64,000 nucleotides of DNA, from contig OZ024749.1 of NCBI GenBank assembly GCA_964016885.1, positions 16,306,001 through 16,370,000 of the forward strand, written 5' to 3'. The DNA comes from Eledone cirrhosa (lineage: Eukaryota). Both the position numbers and the translations under genes were made by a program. Each line of letters opens with the position of its first letter. Within the stretch, counting starts at the first letter, position 1. The notes under the pieces were generated by a model. That model had not been told where the DNA came from. It did not search any database and saw only the letters and a program-made list of their open reading frames with translations. Positions 50,101-57,887 of this stretch are shown here, piece by piece.

Positions 50101-50600
50101 GGCAGTGCTACCGAGGGGCTTTACCCGTTCGAGAAAGGCTCTACAGACACGGGCGCCCGGGTAGGGACCCCGCCAAAAAGATCTGTCCCAGATGCGTGTG
50201 CGACGAGGAAACCGTTGCACACGCATTGGTACACTGCTCGGGCGTAGCCGATCTGTGGGGCTATGTCGAACAACTGCTGTCAAGGGTGGGACCGATCCGG
50301 TTGACCACCGAGTCTATTGTAATGATCAAGCCGCCTCCCCCCTTCAAAGATGAAGCAGAGGCGGTGTTTCTGTGCGTAATAGCCATGGCGAAAGAGGTTG
50401 TATGGTGGACGCGTCTGAAAGGACTGAGGTCAGGCACCTTTCTCTCTGGCCAACAACTGGTCCGTTTCTTCCGATATCATTTCGGAAGAAGGATCAGGAT
50501 GGAGAGAGAGGTGCTGCACCCCAGTCGTTTTTATGAAAGGTGGGTGAAAGTGGCGAGAATGGCCCATGTGAATGGGCCTTCTCTTTACATAAGCCTGTAG
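47163..50600 (+). CDS. ORF2: AP-like endonuclease + reverse transcriptase + C-terminal CCHC-type zinc motif (Tx1-like), 1,145 aa
   Basis: EN motifs NARGL, ICE, YAP, GDWN, SYLDRF, SDH; GYWKLN linker; RT motifs KSPGLDG, NFRPITLLN, LDQSKAFDRV, IRQGCPLS, YADD (49218-49229), LGV; post-RT LSLKGR and GGLGMP; CPRCVCDEETVAHALVHC. The frame is uninterrupted. Confidence 0.96.
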   Translation: MAVLRVGCLNARGLGSSWKQAMLLNDLRSQSINVMVICEARISSMRQLAPTFDDFEMHASLCQPGGGGGVVVLLQKHMGLATQIVHLDPGGRLVVLDLGSGEGRALRLIAAYAPFGTERPDFFQRLESFLGTSRSLLLVGDWNGILDARWDYAGACPDREGCNSLKGLLGRFDLADRFRLDFPTVPTWSWSNRSGSSRSYLDRFLVRNKDRDFLSCPEMLMVGYSDHKLVTCMVNLDRTHRQGPGYWKLNLSLPASRAYRNRISTLVKERLTGAIVNSRWWVSLKREIRVVSIEFSKVLAADRNRKERELIDRVEEAIRSGDVARVLASRTALSQFFDAKHEGCVVRSKIRALGNEGAKAVSWARVTEANSGTKSTIRSLRDLDGRAILEPKQMCEAFQRHFARLFGRGGEPVGNVDFGPYLDGLPRLSDREAKSCEEPISAAEIEDVLGQCGKRKSPGLDGLPYELYLAMPDLFPDLLEAVYCNWQQNGRIPCTVTKGVVTLVRKDENKGHEISNFRPITLLNTELQILAKVLAKRLALVVGNLVGDAQTCAIPSRSIHDNLHLMRYIIERVGNEPGFGGALINLDQSKAFDRVDHGYLDAVLAAAGFGPVFRGWITAMHSSRICSRVKVNGYLSEPFKIARSIRQGCPLSSLLYVLTLEPLLRKLELLQGIPLEPGLRKAVSAYADDVTVMVSTASEIEAVGTLLEEYEKFTGAKLNRDKSIGLQLGTWRGRPMPSDGVVGRWTEGPVKLLGVWFGPDLQVEKNWAEVTNRVFALTQKWASCKLSLKGRAEVANTYIASVIYYRLTVVPCPRETLTKMERALFQFLWKGRAPMVRRSICCQHPSKGGLGMPWLMMRKHALRLRHLYVFLTGQPVWASFVRRTFPRLVSLTELQSWVKQRPRKLGAWHTECAQALTALWQADPVISGDSTATFYRGLVRSRCDDALGEALDMEEDELASLFGRTFSPGPMDNFQKSLAWQCYRGALPVRERLYRHGRPGRDPAKKICPRCVCDEETVAHALVHCSGVADLWGYVEQLLSRVGPIRLTTESIVMIKPPPPFKDEAEAVFLCVIAMAKEVVWWTRLKGLRSGTFLSGQQLVRFFRYHFGRRIRMEREVLHPSRFYERWVKVARMAHVNGPSLYISL

Positions 50601-50870
50601 GTGGAAAAGAGGAAGGAACGAGGGAGCACCCCCTCTCTGTGCTCCTGAGGAAAAGGGTTGCACACTTTTTTCGGGGGTGTGTGCGACCCCCCAAGGCGCC
50701 TCCTCTCTATTGAGGATTTTGTTAAAAATTTTATTTTTTGTTATATCTTATTTTATTTTTATATTTTGTTATTGCCTCCTCCTTATTGAGGACGCCTTTT
50801 TGTGTAAACTCCCCCCTTTGTACTTGTCCCACTTTTGATGCCCTAGTGGCAAATAAAAGAAACTTATCTA

Positions 50871-51387
50871 TTTCCTCTGTACGGTGGCTATGGTGAAAGA
50901 AGTTATATGGTGGACGAGGTTGAGAGGACTGAGGACAGATGCCTTTCTCTCCGGACGACAATTGATTCCCTTCTTTAAGTATCACTTTAGAAGGAAAATT
51001 AGGGTGGAGAGCGAGGCACTGCACCCCCAGTAAATTTACTGAAAGGTGGGTGAATGAAGCGAAAATGGCCCGAGTGATTCGGCCTTCTCAGTTTATAAGC
51101 CTGTAGGTTGAAGAAGAGAGCAAAAGGAAGAAAGGATCACTTGCACAACACGCTCCTGGAGTTGAGAGTTGTTCTATCGACGCGGTATTAAACAACCCAT
51201 TTGTGGCGCCTCCCCCCTATTGAGGATTTCGATTGTTGTAATTGTTTGTTTTTATATTTTTTACACGACTGTATGTTAAATCCCCGGCATGTCTTTGAAT
51301 TGTCCCCTTTTCTTGTGCGCCCTTGTGGCTAATAAAGAAATATATCTATCTTTCTATACGTCTATCTGCCTATCTATCTACCTATCT
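50871..51387 (+). mobile_element. 5'-truncated copy C (divergent subfamily)
   Basis: Encodes FLCTVAMVKEVIWWTRLRGLR...ISL* (TAG 51104-51106), has a distinct 3' UTR, AATAAA at 51331 and a TATC tail. Confidence 0.88.
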
Positions 51388-51454
51388 GTCCCCTTCTTTT
51401 GTGCCCCTGTGGCTAATAAAGAAACATATCTATCTATCTATCAATCTATCTATC
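51388..51454 (+). mobile_element. Very short 3'-end copy D
   Basis: GTCCCCTTCTTTTGTGCCCCTGTGGCTAATAAAGAAAC + (TATC)n. Confidence 0.8.
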
Positions 51455-51602
51455 TTATTTGTTTTCTTTTCTCGCCTTTTTGTGTACCCCCCCCCCACAC
51501 ACACACACACCTTGTATTTGTCCCCTTCTTTTGCGCCCTCGTGGCAATATATAGAAATAAATCTATCTTTCTATACGTCTATCTGCCTATCTATCTATCT
51601 AT
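51455..51602 (+). mobile_element. Short 3'-UTR copy E
   Basis: ...TTGTATTTGTCCCCTTCTTTTGCGCCCTCGTGGC, degenerate poly(A) signal, then a TATC tail. Confidence 0.72.
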
Positions 51603-52763
51603 TTGGAAGAAGCGGGCTCCTATGGTGAGGTGATCCATCTGCTGTCAACACCCTTCGAAAGGAGAGCTGGGGATGCCGTGGCTAATGATACGTAAACACG
51701 CATTAAGGCTACGGCACCTCCAGGTATTCCTCACCGGTCAACCGGTGTGGGCCCCGTTTGTGAGGCGAGCCTTTCCCAGACTCGTCTCGCTCACCGAGCT
51801 GCAATCCTGGGTCAAGCAAAGACCGAGAAAACTGGGCGCCTGGCACACCGAGTGTGCCCAGGCGCTCACGGCTCTCTGGCAGGCGGACCCGGCTGTCAGT
51901 GGAGAATCCACCTCGTCATTCTATAGAGGGCTGGTGGTTAGCAGGTGCGACGACGCCCTCGGAGAAGCCCTAGGCATGGAGGAAGACGAACTGGCCAACC
52001 TGGCCCGGGACCCATGGACAACTTCCAGAGGTCCCTGGCCTGGCAGTGCTACCGAGGGGCTCTGCCCGTTCGAGAAAGGCTCTACAGACACGGGCGCCCG
52101 GGCAGGGACCTCTCGAAAAAGATCTGCCCTATGTCGAACAACTGCTGTCAAGGGTGGGACCGATCTGGTTGACCACCGAGTCTATTGTAACGATCAAGCC
52201 GCCTCCCCTCTTCAAAAACGAAGAAGAGGCGGTGTTTCTGTGCGTAATAGCCATGGTGAAAGAGGTTGTATGGTGGACGCATCTGAAAGGACTGAGGTCA
52301 GATACCTTTCTCTCTGGCCAACAACTGGTCCGTTTCTTCCGATATCATTTCGGAAGAAGGATCAGGATGGAGAGAAAGGTGCTGCACCCCAGCCGTTTTT
52401 ATGAAAGATGGGTGAAAGTGGCGAGAATGGCCCGTGTGAATGGGCCTTCACTCTACATCAGACTATAGATGAGGAAGATGAAAGATCAAGGGAGCACCCC
52501 CTCTCTGTGCTCCTGAGAAGTGTTGTACACTTTTTTCGGGGGTGTGTGCGACCTCCAAGGCGCCTCCACCCTATTGAGGATTTTGTTATTAAATTTATTT
52601 TTGTTATATTTTATTTATTATTTTTTATATCTTGTTATTGCCTCCTCCTTATTGAGGACGCCTTTTTATGTAAACTCCAAAAATTGTACTTGTCCCACTC
52701 TTTGATGCCCTGGTGGCAAATAAAAAGAAAGTTATCTATGTATCTATCTATCTATCTAACTAT
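51603..52763 (+). mobile_element. 5'-truncated copy F (same subfamily as B), with internal deletions
   Basis: Aligns to about 49647-50870; nonsense codon near its start; short deletion near 52001 and an approximately 70-bp deletion removing the zinc motif near 52128; stop at 52468; AATAAA at 52719. Confidence 0.92.
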
Positions 52764-52890
52764 CTTCTTTTGTGCCCCTGTGGCTAATAAAGAAATATAT
52801 CTATCTAAAGATATCTATCTGTTTATCTATTCATCCATGTATCTATCTATCTGTCTTTCCATCCAGCAATCTATCGATCTATCTATTTGT
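52764..52890 (+). mobile_element. Very short 3'-end copy G with long degenerate (TATC)n tail
   Basis: CTTCTTTTGTGCCCCTGTGGCTAATAAAGAAA followed by about 95 bp of TATC-type repeats. Confidence 0.78.
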
Positions 52891-53785
52891 CTATAGAGGG
52901 TTGGTCCGCAGCAAGTGCGACGACGCGCTCGGAGAAACTCTAGGCGTAGAGGAAGACGACCTGGCCAGTCTGTTCGGTAGGACCTTCCCCCCGGGACCAA
53001 TGGACAACTTCCAAAAGTCCCTGGCCTGGCAGTGCTACCGAGGAGCTCTACCAGTTCGAGACAAGCTCTACAGACACGGGTGCTCTAGCAGGGAACCTTC
53101 GGAAAAAATCTGTCCGAGATGCGTGCGCGACGAGGAAACCGTCGCGCACGCATTTGTACACTGCCCGGGCATTACCGACCTGTGGGGCTATGTAGAACGA
53201 CTATTGTCGCGGGTGGGACCAATCCAGTTGACCACCGAGTCCATTGTCATGACCAAACCGCCACCCTCCTTCAAAAACGAGGGAGAGGCAGTTTTCCTAT
53301 GTGTTATGGCTATGGTGAAAGAGGTTATATGGTGGACGAGGTTAAAAGGGCTGAGGTCAGACACCTTTCTCTCCGGCGAACAACTGATTCGTTTTTTCAA
53401 ATATCATTTTGGAAGAAAAATCAGGATGGAGAGAGAGGTGCTGTACCGCAGAAAATTTTATAAAAGGTGGGTGAATGTGGCAAAGGTAGCCCGAGTGGTT
53501 GGGCCTTCTCTCTATATAAGCCTGTAGGTTGAGGAAAAAGAGGAAGAGAGGAATGGAGTACTCACTCTTGGTGCTCCTGGAGATGAGGGTTGTACATTTT
53601 TTCGGGGTGTGTACAACCCCTGTGTAACGCCTCCCCCCTATTGGGGATTTCAATTGTTATTTGTTATTTTATTAATAGTTTTATTTTCATATACCTGTAT
53701 GTAAACTCCCCATTTGTATTTGTCCCCTTCTTTTGTTCCATTGTGACTAATAAAGAAATTTATCTATTTGTCTATCTATCTATCT
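52891..53785 (+). mobile_element. 5'-truncated copy H (third subfamily), open frame for the ORF2 C-terminus
   Basis: YRGLVRSKCDDALG...CPRCVRDEETVAHAFVHC...PSLYISL* (stop 53527), with many third-position differences from B; AATAAA at 53749; TATC tail. Confidence 0.92.
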
Positions 53786-54054
53786 GCACCCCAGTAAATT
53801 TACTGAAAGGTGGGTGAATGTGGTAAAAATGGCCCGAGTGATTGGGCCTTCTCTGTTTATAAGCCTGTAGGTTAAAGAAGAGAGCAAAAGGAAGAAAGGA
53901 GCACTTGCACAATACGCTCCTGAAGTTGAGGGTTGTTCTATCTACAACCCATTTGTGGCGTTTCCCCTCTATTGGGGATTTCGATTGTTATAATTGTTTC
54001 TTTCAATATTTTTACACGACTGTATGTAACATCCCCGGCATGTGTCCTTGTTTT
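53786..54054 (+). mobile_element. 5'-truncated copy I (same subfamily as C), 3' end missing
   Basis: GCACCCCAGTAAATTTACTGAAAGG... matches 51021 onward; stop at 53870; interrupted by an inverted segment at 54055. Confidence 0.85.
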
Positions 54055-54297
54055 GTTACACATGGGTTGTACACACCCCGAAAAAATGAGATGAGGGTTG
54101 TACATTTTTTCGGGTTGTGTACAACCCATGTGTAACGCCTCCTCTCCCCCTATTGGGGATTTCAATTGTTAATTGTTATTTGTTATTTGTTATGTTATTA
54201 ATTCTATTTTTTTTACACGCATCTATGTAAACTCCCCACTCTGTATTTGTCCCCATCTTTTTGCGCCCTTGTGGCACATAAAGAAATATATCTATCT
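54055..54297 (+). mobile_element. 3'-UTR copy J (H subfamily) with a 34-bp inverted duplication at its 5' junction
   Basis: 54089 onward matches 53581 onward. 54055-54088 is the reverse complement (33/34) of 54103-54136. Ends CATAAAGAAA + TATC. Confidence 0.85.
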
Positions 54298-54487
54298 AGC
54301 CTATTTATCAATACATTTATCTGTCTGTCTGTCTCTCCATCAGTCTTGTTAGCTAGCTATCTGACAGTCTGTCGATCTGTGTACATATCTAACTACCTAG
54401 CTAGGTATTACTAGATATCACTATATCACTCTCGCTCACACTTTTTCAATATATATCTTATCTCAGTCCCTCTTAATTCTTCTCTTA

Positions 54488-54497
54488 ACACACACAG

Positions 54498-54557
<60 letters not shown>

Positions 54558-54770
54558 ATATTTATATATATATATATTACATACATAAATATACATATAT
54601 ATACATATATATACATATATAAACATATATATATATATATACATATATATGTGTATATATATGTATACATATATATGTGTATATATATATGTATGTATAT
54701 ATATGTATATATATGTATATATATCTATATACATATATATATATATATACATATATATACATATACATAC

Positions 54771-54801
<31 letters not shown>

Positions 54802-54941
54802 GACATATATAGACATATATATATATATACATATATATATACATATATATACATATATATATATATACATATATATACATATACATATATATATATACAT
54901 ATATATATATACATATATAGACATATATATATATATATATA
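54488..54941. repeat. Compound (CA)n/(TA)n/(TG)n/(TATACA)n microsatellite
   Basis: Directly visible alternating purine-pyrimidine tract. Confidence 0.95.
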
Positions 54942-55074
54942 ATATATTAACAGAGAAAGCTTTAAGCTATACTCTGACTGGCTTCCATCTCACTCAACAA
55001 ACATTAGGATATACCTTAGTATAATCCCAATTTTACGTTTGGGGTGCTAACTATATGAATTTTGCGGATAGCCA

Positions 55075-55075
<1 letters not shown>

Positions 55076-55140
<65 letters not shown>
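55076..55140. repeat. (TA)n microsatellite
   Basis: Pure TA run. Confidence 0.97.
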
Positions 55141-55142
<2 letters not shown>

Positions 55143-55352
55143 AACTATATGAGAAATATAAACGATATCTTAAAACCATGTTTTTATTATTAATGTTTTT
55201 CTTAGAAATAATGCATTCGAACCATTTCATGGTTCTACGTAGATTATCAGACGCAAGGCTCCTACATAGACACACACACAGGCACAAAGACACATAGACA
55301 TAGATATACACACATGGAAACATGGAGACATGCTAACAACCATACACATAGC

Positions 55353-55355
<3 letters not shown>

Positions 55356-55406
<51 letters not shown>
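55356..55406. repeat. (CA)n microsatellite
   Basis: Pure CA run. Confidence 0.97.
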
Positions 55407-55407
<1 letters not shown>

Positions 55408-55520
55408 GTACACGGATAGGGGGAGGGTGAATGTGAAAATTTACATGTACATTCCGCTGAATCTAAGCTATTCGTGAAAATTTATTGCATTGCATAAAAA
55501 ATGTACTGTTTATTTATTTC

Positions 55521-55570
55521 TATATGTGTGTGTATGTGCGTGTGTGTTCGTGAGTGTGTATAGATATATG

Positions 55571-55642
<72 letters not shown>

Positions 55643-55646
55643 TGAA

Positions 55647-55694
<48 letters not shown>

Positions 55695-55753
55695 CTTACC
55701 TTTTACATACATATATATATGTGTGTGTGTGTCTATTTATTTCATATATATTC

Positions 55754-55802
<49 letters not shown>
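55521..55802. repeat. Compound (TA)n/(TG)n microsatellite
   Basis: Alternating TA and TG blocks. Confidence 0.95.
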
Positions 55803-55804
<2 letters not shown>

Positions 55805-56294
55805 TTTGAATATATATAAGAAATAAACGTTATGACCGATGTTACATCATCGTATTTATTGGATAATACGTATTTCAGTGACAACAGTCAGGAACTGTTA
55901 TGCAATCATTACAACAGCAACCGGCACCGGTTGATAAGAAATTCTCAAGAGAACTGGACAGCAGAAGGACTTAAGACAAGAAACCCCTCACCCTGAAGCA
56001 AGTATTTCAACCCTTCTGGTGATGAGACCTGAGTGCCCTTCTGCTAATATTTACCAATTCAGAAATAGGATTTTGGGAGGTTTTTTTTCAGGATCTAGAT
56101 GGGATTTCTATCCGTTGACTCTGCTTTCAAACTTATATTTAAACGCTTTCTTGAATTATGAGTGGTTTAACCGCGCGATCGGGTGTCAGAGCCCGACTAT
56201 TTCTATGTCCCCGCGCATATACATATACATTCACCCAGGTGTGTACATTTATACATACATATGTACATGTGTATATACATATTTACACACTTTT

Positions 56295-56484
56295 GGATGG
56301 CCGTTGACTCTTATGAGTTCTTCCGCCCTTTGTCAGGTTTTGTTTTTTGTCCTGCAGGGTGTCCAAAATCACCCTCTTCACTAAATAAACTTGGTGGAGT
56401 TGCCGGTTTAGTCGCCGACGACCCGACCATGCGACAGGTTGTACTGGGATACATGTTACCAATAGCACTCAAGAGTGACCCGCC
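56295..56484. mobile_element. Possible short interspersed element of unknown class (GC-richer, hairpin-rich), bounded by simple repeats
   Basis: GC-richer island with several short inverted repeats (AGGGTG..CACCCT, CACTC-AA-GAGTG, ACTC-TTAT-GAGT, CAGG..CCTG) abutting (TA)n. No copy elsewhere in the window to confirm it. Confidence 0.35.
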
Positions 56485-56509
56485 ATATATATATATATAT
56501 ATTTATATT

Positions 56510-56576
56510 TAAATTGAAACAAAATGAAAACGAAATTTCATTTCTCACTCTTAGTATGGCACTTACTTAAATGTAA
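56510..56576 (-). repeat. 67-bp inverted copy of part of the 468-bp unit
   Basis: TAAATTGAAAC...TTAAATGTAA is the exact reverse complement of 56941-57007. Confidence 0.93.
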
Positions 56577-56658
56577 TATGCAAATTAGGCTGCTCAGCCG
56601 TTAATTTTCATAAGGAAAGTATATACTTTCGAACGTTCAACTATCTGGCAGATGGGTA

Positions 56659-56703
56659 AACGGTGCTGATGATAGCTAACAAGCTTGAAACTAGTACATC
56701 GTT
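56659..56703 (+). ncRNA. Minimal type I hammerhead ribozyme (copy 1); predicted cleavage after GUA at 56696
   Basis: AACGGTG-CTGATGA-T-AGCT-AACA-AGCT-T-GAAA-CTAG-TA-CATCGTT: 7-bp stem I, both core boxes, 4-bp stem II, vestigial palindromic stem III (ACTAGT). Stem I extends via CTGGCA/TGTCAG and GTTCAAC/GTTGAAC (56635-56721). Confidence 0.85.
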
Positions 56704-57126
56704 CCTGTGTCAGTGTTGAACAAAAAGGTGACGTGGTTGCCTTAACACCGTATGGCATAAATTCAGGCTGTTCAGTTTGTTTACAAACGAACAAAGCGAC
56801 GTTAGCGCCGCTAAACTGATACGTGCATATATGTATGTGTACCTGTATGCATATGTATGTATATGTATGTATATATATATATATATGTGCATGCTACTGT
56901 ACGTCTGTATACATATATGTATGTACGTATACATGCATACTTACATTTAAGTAAGTGCCATACTAAGAGTGAGAAATGAAATTTCGTTTTCATTTTGTTT
57001 CAATTTATCGTTTTCGGTATGCCTGACCGATTTAACTCACTCAATATGCAAATTAGGCTGCTCAGCCGTTAATTTTCATAAGGAAAGTATATACTTTCGA
57101 ACGTTCAACTATCTGGCAGATGGGTA

Positions 57127-57171
57127 AACGGTGCTGATGATAGCTAACAAGCTTGAAACTAGTACATCGTT
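57127..57171 (+). ncRNA. Minimal type I hammerhead ribozyme (copy 2); predicted cleavage after 57164
   Basis: Identical to copy 1 at +468. Confidence 0.85.
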
Positions 57172-57594
57172 CCTGTGTCAGTGTTGAACAAAAAGGTGAC
57201 GTGGTTGCCTTAACACCGTATGGCATAAATTCAGGCTGTTCAGTTTGTTTACAAACGAACAAAGCGACGTTAGCGCCGCTAAACTGATACGTGCATATAT
57301 GTATGTGTACCTGTATGCATATGTATGTATATGTATGTATATATATATATATATGTGCATGCTACTGTACGTCTGTATACATATATGTATGTACGTATAC
57401 ATGCATACTTACATTTAAGTAAGTGCCATACTAAGAGTGAGAAATGAAATTTCGTTTTCATTTTGTTTCAATTTATCGTTTTCGGTATGCCTGACCGATT
57501 TAACTCACTCAATATGCAAATTAGGCTGCTCAGCCGTTAATTTTCATAAGGAAAGTATATACTTTCGAACGTTCAACTATCTGGCAGATGGGTA

Positions 57595-57639
57595 AACGGT
57601 GCTGATGATAGCTAACAAGCTTGAAACTAGTACATCGTT
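57595..57639 (+). ncRNA. Minimal type I hammerhead ribozyme (copy 3); predicted cleavage after 57632
   Basis: Identical to copy 1 at +936. Confidence 0.85.
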
Positions 57640-57887
57640 CCTGTGTCAGTGTTGAACAAAAAGGTGACGTGGTTGCCTTAACACCGTATGGCATAAATTC
57701 AGGCTGTTCAGTTTGTTTACAAACGAACAAAGCGACGTTAGCGCCGCTAAACTGATACGTGCATATATGTATGTGTACCTGTATGCATATGTATGTATAT
57801 GTATGTATATATATATATATATGTGCATGCTACTGTACGTCTGTATACATATATGTATGTACGTATACATGCATACTTACATTTAAG

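Larger units (their letters stand above)
45075..50870 (+). mobile_element. Full-length Tx1/L1-clade non-LTR retrotransposon (copy B), about 5.8 kb
   Basis: About 220-bp 5' UTR, ORF1 with CCHC knuckle, overlapping ORF2 (APE + RT + C-terminal Cys/His motif), about 260-bp 3' UTR, AATAAA at 50852, then TATC rather than poly(A). The 5' end position is approximate. Confidence 0.93.
56575..57887 (+). mobile_element. 468-bp tandem repeat (units at 56575, 57043, 57511; last truncated by the gap) carrying a hammerhead ribozyme: retrozyme-like or Penelope-derived non-autonomous element
   Basis: AATATGCAAATTAGG recurs at an exact 468-bp period; units appear identical; one hammerhead per unit; no credible ORF. 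Confidence 0.8.

Noticed and set aside
47615-50694. Short antisense and alternate-frame ORFs inside ORF2
   Set aside because: Shadow ORFs of a GC-rich coding region with no recognisable motifs.
44599-50870. Copy A and the 3' end of copy B as a pair of LTRs
   Set aside because: The RT/APE is non-LTR type, there are no TG..CA ends, PBS or integrase, and many more 3' fragments of variable length follow.
55211-55262. Possible minus-strand hammerhead (CTGATAA...GAAA)
   Set aside because: The core box is mutated, stem II does not abut GAAA, and no UH triplet is correctly placed before stem I; at best a decayed relic.
56575-57887. 468-bp tandem as a Helitron or MITE array
   Set aside because: No 5' TC / 3' hairpin-CTRR arrangement at unit boundaries; the CTAG lies within hammerhead stem III; the inverted piece occurs only once, not per unit.
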